Positions 49,400-62,381 of a stretch of DNA of 64,000 nt are shown one piece after another. The DNA comes from the human T2T-CHM13v2.0 reference genome, Homo sapiens. Every line of letters begins with the position of its first letter. The stretch's first letter is position 1. The position numbers and the translations under genes are program-made. Location of the stretch: NCBI RefSeq assembly GCF_009914755.1, contig NC_060925.1; one strand, 5' to 3'. The notes beneath the pieces were generated by a model. The model was not told where the DNA came from, did not search any database, and worked only from the letters and a program-made list of their open reading frames with translations.

Positions 49400-52300
49400 T
49401 TTTTAATGGACTTTTTAAGAGCAGCTTTAAGTTCACAGCAAAATTGAGTGGAAAGTAACAGAGAGTTCCCATATGCCCCCTACCCCTGCACGGACACAGC
49501 CTCCCTCACTATCAACATCTTGCCCCCGAGTGATAACATTTGGTACAACTGATGAACCTACATTGACTCATCATCACCCAAAGTCCACAGTTTACAGTGG
49601 GGTTCATTCTTGGTGGTGTATATTCTATAGGTTTTGACACAAGTATAAATGTATAATGGCATGTATCCACCATTGTAATAAAGAATGACTATTCCCTGCC
49701 CTAAAAATTCTCTGTGCTCTGCCTATTCATTCTCCTTTCCCTCCTAACACCTGGCAACCACTGATCTTTTTACTGTCTCCACTGTTTTACCTATTCCATA
49801 GTGTCATATAGTCAGAGTCATACAGTATGTAGCTTTTTTAGGTTGGCTTCTTTCACTTACACACTTAAGGTTCTTTCATGTCTTTTCATGGCTTCATAAC
49901 TCATTTCTTTTTAGTACCAAATAATATTCCATTGACTGCATGTACCAAAATTTATCCATTCACCTACTGAAGGACATCTTGGTTGCTTCCAAGTTTTTGC
50001 AGTTATGAATAGAGCTGCTATAAACATCATGTGCAGGTTTTTGTGTGAACTTAAGTTTTCAGCTCGCTTGGGAAAATACTGAGGAGCAGATGGTTAGGTC
50101 ATTTGGTAAGAGTATGTTTAGTTTCACAAGAAAATGCCAAACTGTCTTCCAAAGTGGCTGTACTATTTTGCATTCCCACCGGCAAGGAATGAGAATATCT
50201 GTTGTTCCACATCCTTACCAGCATTTGGTGTTATCAGTGTTCTGGATTTTGCCATTCTAATAGGTGTAGAGTGGTATCTTGTTGTTTTAATTTGCAATTC
50301 CCTAATGACATATGATGTTGAGCATCTTTTCATATTCTTATTTGCCATCATCTTTGGTGAGGTGTCTGTTCAGGGTTTTTTGCCCATTTTTTATTGTGTG
50401 GTTCATTTTCTTATTGTTGAGTTTAAGAGTTCTTTGTGTATTTGGCTTAATAGTCCTTTACCAGATATGTCTTTTGCAAATATTTTCTCCCAGTGTGTTG
50501 TCTTCTCATTCTCTTGATGTGCCTTTTGCAGAGCAGAAGTTTTTAATTTTAATGAAGTCCAGATTATCAATTATTTCTTTTGTGGATCATGCCTTTTGTG
50601 TTATATCTGAAAAGTAATCATATAGCTGGGCTTGGTGGCTCACACCTGTAATCCCAGCACTTTGGAAGGCTGAGGCAAGAGGATCACTTGAGCCCAAGAG
50701 TTTGGCTGCAGTGAGCCATAATCACACCATGATCACGCCCAAGGAATGCTTCAGTGAGCCATGATCATGCCCTCCAACAAATAAATAAAATAATTAATTT
50801 ATTTAGAGACTCTGTCTCTAAATTAAAATTGGTATTGCATTGAATCTTTAGATCAATAAATAAAATAAATAAAAAGTCATCACCAAACCCAAGGTCATCT
50901 AGATTTTCAGCTGTTGTTATCTTTTAGGGTTTTTTTTTTTATCATTTTATGTTTTACATTTAGGCCTATGATCCATTTTGAGTAAGTTTTCATGAAGAAT
51001 GTGAAGTCTGTGTCTAGATTCACTTTTTTTGCATGTGGATGTCCCGCTGTTCCAGCACCATTTTTTGAAAATACTATCTTTTCTCCATTGTATTGCCCTT
51101 GTCCCCTTGTCAAAGATCAATCTGCTATATTTTGGAGTCTTCTGGAATCTCTATTCTGTTCCGCTGACTTATTTGTCTATTCTTTCACAAATCTTATACT
51201 TTCCTGATTACTGTAGCTTTACAGTAAGTCTTGAAGTCAGGTCATATCAGCCCTCTGTTCCTTTTCAATATTGTGTTGGCCATTCTGGGTCTTTTGCCTC
51301 TCTATGTACACCTTAGCATCTGTTAGTTGATATTCACAAAATTTATTTGCTGAGATTTTGATTGGTATTGCATTGAATCTTTAGATCAAGTTGGGAAGAA
51401 CTGACATCTTGACAATATTTAGTCTTCCTGTCCATGAACACAGAATATCTCTCTGTGTATTTAGTGCTTCTTTGATCTCTCTCAACAGAGTTTTGCAGTT
51501 TTCCTCATACAGATCTTGTACATGTTTTGTTAGATTTTACCTTGACATAATCACTTATTAGTTCCAGGAGATTTTTGTTGTCAATTCTTTCAGATTTTCT
51601 TTTCTTTTCTTTTTGTTTTTGAGATGGAGTCTCACTGTGTCGCCCAGGTTGGAGTGTAGTGGCTCAATCTCGGCTCACTGCAAGCTCCGCCTCCTGGGTT
51701 CAAGCCATTCTCCTGCCTCAGCCTCCTGAGTAGCCTGGCTACTATTTTGTTTTTTTAGTAGAGACGGGGTTTCGCTGTGTTAGCCAGGATGGTCTCGATC
51801 TCCTGACCTCATGATCCGCCCACCTCGACCTCCCTAAGTGCTGGAGTTACGGGCATGAGCCACCGCGCCCGGCCTTTTTTTTTTTTTTTTTTTTTTTTTT
51901 CGAGTCAGTGTCTCACTTTGTCACTCAGGGTGGAGTGCAGAGTGGCACGATGTCATCTCACTGCAACCTTTGCTTCCTGGATTCAAGCAATTCTCCTTCC
52001 TCAGCCTCCCAAGTAGCTGGATTACAAGCGCATGCCACCACGCCCGGCTAATTTTTGTATTTTTTGTAAAGACAGGGTTTCACCATGTTGGAGATTTTCT
52101 ATAATACAATAACTGCATCATGTGTGAACAAAGACAGTTTTAGTTCATCTTCTCTAATCTGTATACCGTTTATTTCCTTTGCTTATCTTACTGCATTAGC
52201 TAGGATTTCCAGTATGATGGTGAAAAGAAGTGGTAAGCGGGGAAATTCTTGCCTTATTGTTGATGTTAGTGAGAAAGCTTCTAGTTTCTAGTATGACATT

Positions 52301-52450
52301 AGTGTAGAGTTTTTATAGAAGTTCTTTATCAAGTTGAGGAAGGTCTCCTCTATTCCCACTTTGTTGAGAGTTTTTATGATGAATGAGTGTTGAATTTTGT
52401 CAAATGCTTTTTCTTCATCTATTAATATGATCAAGTGATTTTTCTTCTCT
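49400..52450 (-). mobile_element. Old L1M (L1MB/MC-like) segment with nested Alus (50625-50870 sense; 51601-52090 compound antisense)
   Basis: L1 ORF2-like peptides in ORFs 50163..50351 and 50907..51113; AGATTTTCT flanks the compound Alu on both sides. Confidence 0.85.
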
Positions 52451-52664
52451 AGCAAGTGGCAGGGAAAATGACAATCTTAGAAGGGATCTTTCACATAAAG
52501 ATTGTTTTCATTTCCTTCATTCCTTTTACCATATTCAGGACACTAAACATATGCTAGAATTCAGTGTGTGGCCTCCTTTGGTGATACTCTCAAGTTCCTT
52601 CTCCTAAATTGCTATAACCTATCAGTTATTCCTATCTACCTTTACTTCTTTTTTTCTACTTTAG

Positions 52665-52900
52665 GAAGTATCATTCCTTGATTCAGGATCAGTCTCAAGA
52701 GTTAACCCACCTACGGCAGAAGATGAAGCTTGGGAGAGTGGCCTCTGCTCTTCTCATCCAGCATGTCAAGAACACACTAAAGACCTTTGAGGAGCTACTC
52801 CAGAGCAATAACATTGACCACTATATGGAGCAGCACTACTGCGAGCAGCTGGCCAAAGGAAGCCAGCTGGCAGAGAGCCTTGCCAGAAAATTCAGCACAG
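52665..52900 (+). other. PDE4DIP/NBPF-like coiled-coil exon B (KYHSLIQDQ...LARKFST)
   Basis: TTTCTACTTTAG|G acceptor, CAG|GTAAGT donor, 236 nt open; overlaps ORF 52678..53088. Confidence 0.85.
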
Positions 52901-53996
52901 GTAAGTTGGCCGCAGAGCTTAGGAAGATTTTCAGTCTCTCCCAAGGTCCTAAGTTCACAGGATCCCACCCCCATTCACATGTCACTTTTCAACCTGGTGT
53001 CCTGCTTTGTAATCACCACCTTAAGACCATCACAGAGTCAGGACTGGCTGGAGAGGAGCTCCAAGAAGAAGGGTTGAGGATGCCATGATGATCACCAGCA
53101 CCTCCATCCCTCATGGAATATGACTGTTAGGGCAGGAGGCATCCCCAGGGATGATGGTATTCATCTGAAACTAATTGGCAGAAAGACAGAAGGAACAGGG
53201 GCAGCTGGTTTTTGTGAAGGGCCCTGAACTGGGAATCCAAAAACCCTACCTCTAGCTTATATGTGTTCCTTACCAGCTCTGGACAGGTTAATATTTATTT
53301 TGATTTCTGTTTCTCTACCTAAAAAATTAAGTCAAATAATTCCAGCCCTTGAATGTTGCATGATTGTTCTAGGGATTAAATAAGTAACATTAATCGGCAC
53401 ACTTCAAAAAAATGATAAAGAATCATGCTGACTTTGGCATGGTTCAGGCACTGTGTGTACTAGTACATGGTGGTGAGATAATTAGCTGTTTCAGGAGCAT
53501 TTTACATGAAATTCCCCCTTGAGAACCCAAGGGCCCATAGTAGCAGAAGGCTTGAGTTCACTGTGCTGTCTCCTGATGGTAGGTGGGACACGGATGTCTA
53601 TCATCTCCTTGGAGAAGGGAGGAAGTTCTGCATGAAAGCTATGGTGGAACACACAGCCATGGGTTTGGGTGCTGGCCTTGTGCCAGGACTTGGAGGCTTT
53701 GGCTGGAGTGGATATGTGTTCCATGATATGTGGGAATAAAGACATTTTTAGCTTTTTGCTGTGACTCAGGGCAAAGCAAGTGGAGATGATGACCTTCATG
53801 GTGGGCTCAGGAAAGCCTGCCAGGCAAGCTCTCTAAAGACTCAACCCAAGATCTGAGAAAATTCAGAGTATCCTGGAATCAAGGCAAGCATCAGGTAGTC
53901 AAGTCTCTGCTCCCAGATAGACCTCCATGTTTGTTTGCAGTCTGGGAAATGAGACCTGCTTAAAGCATGACTGGCCTTTTTGAATTTTGTTCTCAG

Positions 53997-54048
53997 ATGA
54001 CTGTACAAGTAAGAAGAATCAAGTAGGACAGGTGTCTTCGACTCTCAG
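53997..54048 (+). other. 52-nt small exon C of the Olduvai-type exon doublet (DDCTSKKNQVGQVSSTL)
   Basis: TTTTGTTCTCAG|AT ... CAG|GTAACT; phase 1-2 fits the neighbouring exons. Confidence 0.75.
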
Positions 54049-54609
54049 GTAACTCCAAATTTTCAGGGGCTGTCGAAGATGTAATCTGGTGAAGGATCCA
54101 GAAGCAAGAGCCAGAAGCTCAAAGAAACAGGAGCATACATGGCCAGTAAAAAACAAATAGCTTATTTATCCATTAAACCATTATGTATCCTTAGGGATAA
54201 GGCAGTCTCATTTTTAAAATTTTTTAAAAAATATATTATTCTTTTATTTTCACCAATTAATTCACCAATTTAGTAACATAGAGCTGCTCTAACCTATCTG
54301 GGTCTTAGGAGTCTTCTGAACCTCCAGGGATCACCTCTGGTTTCCCTTATTTAAAGACCAGAGTAAGATTATATCTGATTTCTTCAAGGGTGACCCAAGG
54401 AGTGCTGGAAGATGTAAAACAGCTACAAATTTTCCTTGCAAACAAAAGTTTATACTGTGTCTCTATACTTAGGGAAGGAGATCTAGAAACTGCAAGACAC
54501 CAGTGAGGCTACATTGCCTGGGGAATCTGTTTTAAATGGCCTATAGCAAATACTATTTTAAAAATTATGTTCACAGAATGAGTTGAATTCTTTTTTTTTT
54601 AACATTTTT

Positions 54610-54910
54610 AAAATTTTATTTTTGAGATGAGGTCTTGCTCTGTTGCCCAGGCTGGAATGCAGTGGCACGATCACTGCTCACTGCATCCTTGACCTCCTGG
54701 GCTCAAGTGATCCTCCTCAGCCTCCTAAATAGTTGGGACTACAGGTGCACACCACCACACCCAGCTCATTTTTTATTTTTATTTTTTGTAGACAGAGGGT
54801 CTCACTATGTTTCTCAGTTTGGTCTTGAATTCCTGGACTCAAGCAATTCTCCTGCCTTGGCCTCCCAAATTGCTGGGATTACAGGCATGTACCGCCATAC
54901 CCATACCTGG
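54610..54910 (-). mobile_element. AluJ-like, between exons C and D
   Basis: Alu consensus; GAGTTGAA(T/C)TCTT TSD-like flanks. Confidence 0.85.
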
Positions 54911-55207
54911 AGTTGAACTCTTATGGGTCTCTGGCTGTTTTGTGAAGGAATCATGAGTGTTATTTAAGGGGCCCATTACGGCTTCGTTTTTCCTCAGGAT
55001 GTTTGTAGCCAATGCACCAGACAACTGTTGCTCTCTCTGTCCCCGCCTTCCCTCCATACTCTATCCTGAAACAGAAATGATTTGTTTGGCTTCTCCTCTG
55101 AAGGAATGATCCTCTTGACCTCCCCTTTACATCTCCTGTGAGCCTCCAGATTAGTACAGCTGTGGCATTAGGTGACCTTTATTTTTTCTTCTTTCTTACC
55201 CCACTAG

Positions 55208-55395
55208 TATCTTGAGGAAGATGCATAATATGAGTAAAGTGACAGAAGTCCTAGAGACCAAGTGGGATGCCCGGTCCCAGACTCAGCCCCAGATCTGGTG
55301 CAGCAACCACACCCGGTCTACCCCACATCACTCCCTGAGCAGCACGTCTCCACAGCTTGACAAGGAGGAAGTGCATCCTTCAGTGACTGTAGTCA
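55208..55395 (+). other. Large Olduvai-type exon D (ILRKMHNMSKVTEVLETKWDARSQT...HPSVTVV)
   Basis: TTTCTTACCCCACTAG|T acceptor, A|GTGAGT donor; resembles PDE4DIP KVIEVLQAKLDARSLT...SPSSTS. Confidence 0.75.
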
Positions 55396-56189
55396 GTGAG
55401 TAGCCACATGGCTCCAGTTTTTGGGGCTCATGCATTGTCTAGGCCAAGAGGTGGCATCTTTGCAGCCGGGCCCTGTAGATCCACCGTGATGTACCTGGTC
55501 GGGCACAGCTCCAGGACTCAGTGCTGAGCATAAGCCCCAAGGCTTTCAGGTAGCTTTTCTCCATTCCCAGTCTCACATGTCATCAGTCACTAGATCCCCT
55601 CTGGCACATACATGGTGTTGGTCTTGGGGGGCATGGGTTGGGAAGGGGAGAAAGGGGGCAAATAGTTCCTCTTCACTGCACACAGTTATGTCATCTTTCA
55701 AACTAGGGACATGAGTGTTGCTAACATTGTGCACCTAATCCTGGAATCCCTGGGGTAAACAGCCACAGTTCCTATTTTTTGTTCATCACTAAATCATCTT
55801 TATCATTTATGCATTTACAGATCCCATCCATCATCCTAATAAGTTTGCTGTAACACCCTCTAAACTATCAGTGAATGGGGCCATGCTGTGAGGTTCAAGC
55901 TGAGTCCATCACCAACCAGCGTGTCCCTCCTGAGAATTTCCCTGAGAGGGTCCTTGGGATAGCCTTGATAGAGACGGGAAGAGGAGATTAAGTTTGAAAC
56001 CAGACTTTCATTTTTCTCCTGCTCAGTTTTCTCTTTAATTTTCCTCTTGAGAAAAGTGTTTGAAGTTTTAGGCCAGTATGAATCATATCCTAATGTGGAC
56101 AATACCAAGAAATTATTTTTAGTCCCTGGCTGTATCTGGTGTTTTTTTCTAAATTGGCAATTTTAAGTAATGAGTGAGCCATAATGGTT

Positions 56190-56540
<351 letters not shown>

Positions 56541-58679
56541 TGAGGAGCAAAGCGGCAAAATGTTTCCTCTAAGATTATAGCAGCCAAGGAAAGACAGGAA
56601 CTTCTCATTGATTGAGCACCTATTATGCTCACAATATTGACCACTATACATATATTTCCTCATTTAATTGACACAGTGATCCCCTCAAATAGGTAGTGGT
56701 GTTCTGCTTTTATAGTGGAGGACACTGAGGCTCAGCAAAGTTAAGGAACTTACTGAAGACAAAGCAGCTTGGGGTAACATACACTTTGAGTCTACCTGAC
56801 TCAAAGCTCAGGTTGTGAGCATTTCACTCTGCAGCCTGAGAAGTCAGGGGCTGCGTACAAAGGGTGCTCACTCCTTCTCAGCACCTCTTTTGCTAGGCTT
56901 CTGGAGCCAGGGTTTTTCTCATTCCACTTTTTCTGCTCTGTGCACCCAGCAGAGTTCTGGCCTCTGAAGATGGGACAAGACCTTACACATATTACACTTC
57001 TATCTAAGAATTTGTAAATAGATGAGCTGCCCTTGATATGTACATCACCTATTCCAAGGGGCCAATGGGACTTTTATGTGCATCCTTGATTCAGTTGCCC
57101 AGAGGCACTTGTTTCAACCTCAGCACTGCCCCAAGAGATGGCAGAAGGGCAAGCCCATGCTTCCCTTACCTGCAATCCCTGCCACTGCCTGCAGTGAGGT
57201 GTGGCCTCTGGAATGATGCTTCTGGAGAGCACCAGCTTTACTTTTTGCCACAACTGTCTTTCCTGAGGGAGATCGAAGCCCTTCTCTTTCCCACTTGAAG
57301 TCACTGTCCTTTCACAGGGGCAACTGTTTATCACCACTTCCTCTTTGGTTTTTGAACCAAAATTTCTAGAACAGTCAACCTGTAGTGCACTGGCATGACA
57401 GCTACATTGTGAGGCCAAATTTCCTTCACAAAAGTCTAGTCTCTGTTGCTTTCCATCTGCAGTGTAGGGCATGTTCCCCGTGTGGTATGGCCAGGGAACG
57501 TTAAAACACTGATCACTGTTACTGATAAAACTTAGAGCTTCCTATGGCCATGGTTGAGAGTAAACTGATTTTCTGAGTTAAAGGAGGTTTGAAAGGGGGT
57601 GGTAATCACATTTTGATTGAGTTCCTACTTTAAGTCAGGCATTTATTAAAGACTTAACATAGTTGTCATTACTCTTTATCTCACAGTGATTCTAATTAGT
57701 ATCTGATATTTTATAAATTGGAGAAGGAGAGACCTACTGGATACTGATTTAAATATACAGTTCCTAAAAGAACGTGATGTTGTTGAGGGCAAACAGAAAC
57801 CTCACTCCCACCTGCTCAGAGGAGAAACTTGTCTATTCTTTAGCCCTTGATAATAATCCTTGAAAGGGAAAGACTCTAAAACTTTTCTCTGAATTATGGC
57901 CCTGCCACCCCAGCTTGGTTTTTCTCTCAAAGGGAGACAGTAATGAAGGGCCCAGAGGATCTGGCCATGTTCTCATGGCATCATTGAGCTGTAAGATGCC
58001 ATGTATTTTGTGATTCTACAATCCTCTATGCAAGAGTACACTAGCTATTCTATGGACAGGAGCCAGACAATGTGAGCTGTACATAAGAATTATTTTTGCA
58101 GTGTCAAAAGCCATTCTAGGTGGAATCCAAATCACCACTTGCCTTAGACAGACACCCCCTCAGCTTCACTGCAGGTCCAGAGTCAGCCGAGGCCAGAGAG
58201 AGAACCACCAGGAGTGGAAGCAACACTCTCTAGGTTCTCTGCACATTGTCCAGAAGTGGAGGCCATTTTCTCCTCCTCCTCCAACAGCCTCAGTGTAGAA
58301 CAATCCCAGGAAGGAGTAGCTGGTGTGTTTCTGGCAAGGGCATAGAATGTTGAATAAATAGTCACCTGTTTACAGACCAACAAAATGCTTCACCCCTCAC
58401 TGTCTGAACTCCTAGGATTGGCTGTGAGTCCTGCTATTAGGAGAAACATTTCTGAAGTACCTCCCCAGGATCATTCCAGCATTGGGAATCATAAAGGGAG
58501 CTAGGAGAGGGGCCCCATATTTTTCCTGTATGTGCGCTGTGATGCTCAGATATTACAACTAACACTACTGCTTATGTCATAGGCTGAGAAATGCCAGTTA
58601 CTTTAGGGTGAAATGGGGAGTCCTTGGGAAATGAGTCTGCTGACATCTGCCTTAGTCTTCATTCCGTGGATTGCTTTAT

Positions 58680-59112
58680 TAGCTTTCGAGGGCTTCCAAA
58701 ACAAAAAAACACAAACCGGGCGTCTTAAAACAGAAATGTATTCTCTCACAGTTCTGGAGATGAAGACGTCTAAAATCAGGGAGTCAGCAGGGCCATGCTC
58801 CCTCTGAAGACTCCAGGGAAGGATCCTTCCTTGCCTCTTCCTAGTTTCTGGTGGTTTCTGGGTTGTAGACACATCACCCCAATCTCTGCCTCTCTTGTTA
58901 CATGGTCTCCTTCTCTGTGTGTCTCTTTATCTCTGTGTCTCCTCTCCTCTCATAAGGACATCAGTCATGTTGGATTTAAGACATACCCCCAATTCAGTAT
59001 CATCTCATCTTAACTTATTATATCTACAAAAACCCCATTTACAAATAAGATCACATTCTGAAGTTCCAAGTGAACTGAATGAATTTTTGGAGGACACTAT
59101 TCAACTCACTAT
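58680..59112 (-). mobile_element. MLT1 MaLR LTR
   Basis: CAGAAATGTATTCTCTCACAGTTCTGGAG...GGACACTATTCAACTCACTATA. Confidence 0.78.
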
Positions 59113-59179
59113 AATTGCCTTTAAAACACTCTTTTATGACTTCCCTGTTGGTTTCTCACTCACATTCCTTTCTGGACAG

Positions 59180-59402
59180 ATGCCAGCCCTGCCATTTCTG
59201 CTGATTCAGCTGCTTTGCCCAGCAACCAAGGAACCAGGCCTGCCCAGCCCTTCCATCCTTCGAGCGGCACTGGCCCAGCAGAGCAGGACACTAGAACACG
59301 GTAGCAGTGGCCCATGGGAAGAGATGAGGCCTCAAAAAATGAATGCATCTGGAGACCTAGCCTCCTTCTCCTCTTTGTACCAACCCAACTCCGAAACCTC
59401 TG
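59180..59402 (+). other. PDE4DIP-like exon F with an internal frameshift
   Basis: TTTCTGGACAG|AT acceptor, G|GTAAAA donor; 223 nt (3n+1); the 5' and 3' halves are homologous to PDE4DIP in different frames. Confidence 0.7.
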
Positions 59403-59867
59403 GTAAAACACAAAGGAGCACTTAGTGAAATCGAGCCCATTGGTAGGAATGACACATTCCTTTCCTGGCCAGAGGATTTTTTGGTTCCTCTGTTAGAACC
59501 TGGTTCATAAAAAATGACAGGACAATATGTAGATCAGCCAGACAGTGAGAACCAGCTCAGTGCTTGTTCTTTGAAAGTGCCTTCTCCTAGCCACCCTACC
59601 TAGGAACTCACTCTGGGCAGGAGAGTAGGAGAAGTCAGGGACATTCTGAGGTGCTCTACAAGGAGGATAAGTTACCTCACACTTAAATGTTGCCTTCTCT
59701 CTGTGCTACAACCTTCTTAGGCCTAGATTAAGACTGTCCTGGAATGCTAAGCTCAGATTTCCATGGGGAAGGTCTTCCTTAGGTCAGGAGCTACTGTCGG
59801 GTGGGAAACTATTTCTACAGAGTCACCCAGCCCTACACACTCTTTCCACTCTTTCACACACATCTTT

Positions 59868-60069
59868 TTTTTTTTTTTTTTTTTATTATACTCTAAGTTT
59901 TAGGGTACATGTGCACATTGTGCAGGTTAGTTACATATGTATACATGTGCCATGCTGGTGCGCTGCACCCACTAATGTGTCATCTAGCATTAGGTATATC
60001 TCCCAATGCTATCCCTCCCCCCTCCCCCGACCCCACCACAGTCCCCAGAGTGTGATATTCCCCTTCCTG
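59868..60069 (-). mobile_element. L1HS Ta-subfamily 3' end, 5'-truncated (about 200 bp including poly-A), with TSD
   Basis: Sense strand reads GATGAC-ACA-TTAGTGGG (Ta-diagnostic ACA at 59978-59976) and CTTAGAGTATAA (L1HS-diagnostic G); TSD TTTCACACACATCTTT at 59852-59867 and 60070-60085. Confidence 0.9.
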
Positions 60070-60951
60070 TTTCACACACATCTTTCACACACACTGTGCA
60101 TACAACCACGTGCCAATCCTGCCCCCATAAACATTGCTTTTGGATTTGGAGCCAAACATCCTGGCACCCGGCAGCTAGGAGTGCAGCTATTTAGAGGAAT
60201 GGCTTGAAGCAGCTCCATTTCTGTGTCCCAGGTAGTGTAACAATAAGACATTTTAAATTCTCAGAGAAAAGCCTGACCCTACGCAAAATCTCCCAGTGGG
60301 TGAAGCCTATTCTCAGCCTCCTCTCTCTGTGCATCTTTTTCCTTCCTTGGAGATTGTTCCCTTCTCTCCTGTTCCCCCCCTTCAGATCCTGATACCTTCC
60401 CAAGCTCTTCCATGTTCCTCTTTGCCAAAACTGGTTAAAGGAGAACATTCACTATCACTCATTATTCACAGCCTGGTTTAATTTCATATGCACTTACCTT
60501 GGTCTTTCTGTCTGTGAGTGAGTGAAATCTCAAAGGCTGTTGAGTCGGGATCATCATCGGGGAGAGGGATGAGGTAGAGAGGGAGATTCTCTGGATTGTT
60601 TTCCATACCAAGGAGGTAGACAGCCTTTCCCATTACTAGGCCAGTTCTGCCTAGAGGCCTTTAGCAGTTTCTCACCCTGTGTCCATCTCCCTTAGATGTA
60701 CTTGGTGGTCTCTGTCTGGGAGGAGGCCTGTGGTGTTTCCTTACAGGGGGCCACCCTGTGATTGAAAGCCCAGGACTTTTAAGTAAAGTTGCCTGGTGCT
60801 TCCTGAATGCCCAGGAGAGAGGAAGAAGCTGACAGAAGGATAGAGATAGGTAGGGATCTTGCAGAGAGATGCCACGCAGGCCCCACAGCTGCCCAGGGAT
60901 GATCAGGCTTCCCTACCTCCTACCTCTCCTATGTCTTGGTGTTTGCAGTAG

Positions 60952-61083
60952 GGGCCGACCTGCTGGAAAAGAATCTTGCTGAGATACAGAACCTGCGCCA
61001 GCGCCTGGAGGAGTCCATCAGTCTCAATGACCGCCTGAGGGAGAGGCTGCAGCATGTGCTTAGCAATGGTGACCAAGGAAAAG
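60952..61083 (+). other. PDE4DIP-like coiled-coil exon G (GADLLEKNLAEIQNLRQRLEESISLNDRLRERLQHVLSNGDQGK)
   Basis: CAGTAG| tandem acceptor, AAG|GTAGAA donor; 132 nt, symmetric phase 1. Confidence 0.85.
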
Positions 61084-62381
61084 GTAGAAAGGCAGAAATT
61101 TTATGTTTCTGTCCACGTCTAGGGAGTCTCAAAAGGGCACATAGCTTCTTGGGGCAGAGTTTTACCGGTTTAAAGCACATTGGTGTGCATGATTTCACTT
61201 GTTCCTTACAATTAGCCCAGATAGGGAAGCAGAAGGGTACTATTGCTCCCACTGAGTGGTTTGCCCCAAGCAGGGATAGGTCTAATTCTCAGGACTATCT
61301 GAAGTGATGTCATTCTTATATGTCCTTATACTGCCTGGTGCTGTTCTTGGGCTTGTGGCCTGACTGGCGAGTGGTAGCACCAAGGTTTCCATGGTGCCCA
61401 CTTCAGCAGAATGAGAGCAACGTTCCACCTTTATGCCATTACTACATGCCTTTGATATCACCTGGCTCTTCTCTTGTGCTAATGACCCTTATTTCCACAC
61501 TCTTCACCCTGGATGCTCTCACTTGGAGACCAGTTCTTCCCCATCCCTTCTTCTCTCGTATTAAAGCCAGAAGAATGATGACCTACAACATCATAACTGA
61601 AGCCAATTAGTGGGAAAGACCCTGATCCATACCTGAAGCCACTTCACATGAGAGTGTGTGGCCTACTCTGGTGTGCCCAGCAAAACCTGAGCCTGAGCCA
61701 TATTGCACTGCTATCCCAGTGCAGGAGGACCGCAGGTTTTCAGATTAGCTGAGACTAAAACTTTAATGGGTGCAGGAAAGTACATCTTTGAAAGTATCTG
61801 TTACCTAAAGGTATGACTTGTCTGGGTTGTTTTTATTCCCTGTGAAGTATCTACCTCCATCTTCCATGGGTAGGACCTGTAGTCCACACCCTAGTTGTGC
61901 AACAGGAAAAGGGCTCAGGGAAGCAAACTGGAGTTTTCAGGCTTCCAGAAGGAAAAAATCAAAGCTGAAGTCACTTCCATATTTCTTCCTTTCTGCAGCA
62001 ATGCCCAGTTGTAGAAGCAAAGAGAAGTAGGCAGCACAAAAGTTGACCAGATCCACACAGCCTAAAACTATAATAGCTTATTCCCAATCTAGATAAGGCT
62101 GCTTCTTAAAAGATCCCACCTACATGTTCGCAGACTCCTGGCTCCAGGAGTAAATATCTCTGGAAAATCTACATGTCATGTTTAAGTTCCTTTCCCAATC
62201 TTTGCAGATAATCAGAGAGTCACTAGCTGTCAACTAGAAAGCTTGGTGTCTCTCTTCCTGTCTTTCCCACTTTCACCTGGGTACGGAATAGGAGAGAAGA
62301 AATTAAGTTTTTGTTTGGTACAATCAATGAATCTCCTAAATCCCTCCAGACTTCATTGCAGCCCTGTCTCTCCCTCCCTAG

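Noticed and set aside
56890-58300. Further possible PDE4DIP-derived exon remnants after acceptor-like sites near 56897 and 58100
   Set aside because: Translations show no convincing similarity by eye; a sensitive alignment would be needed.
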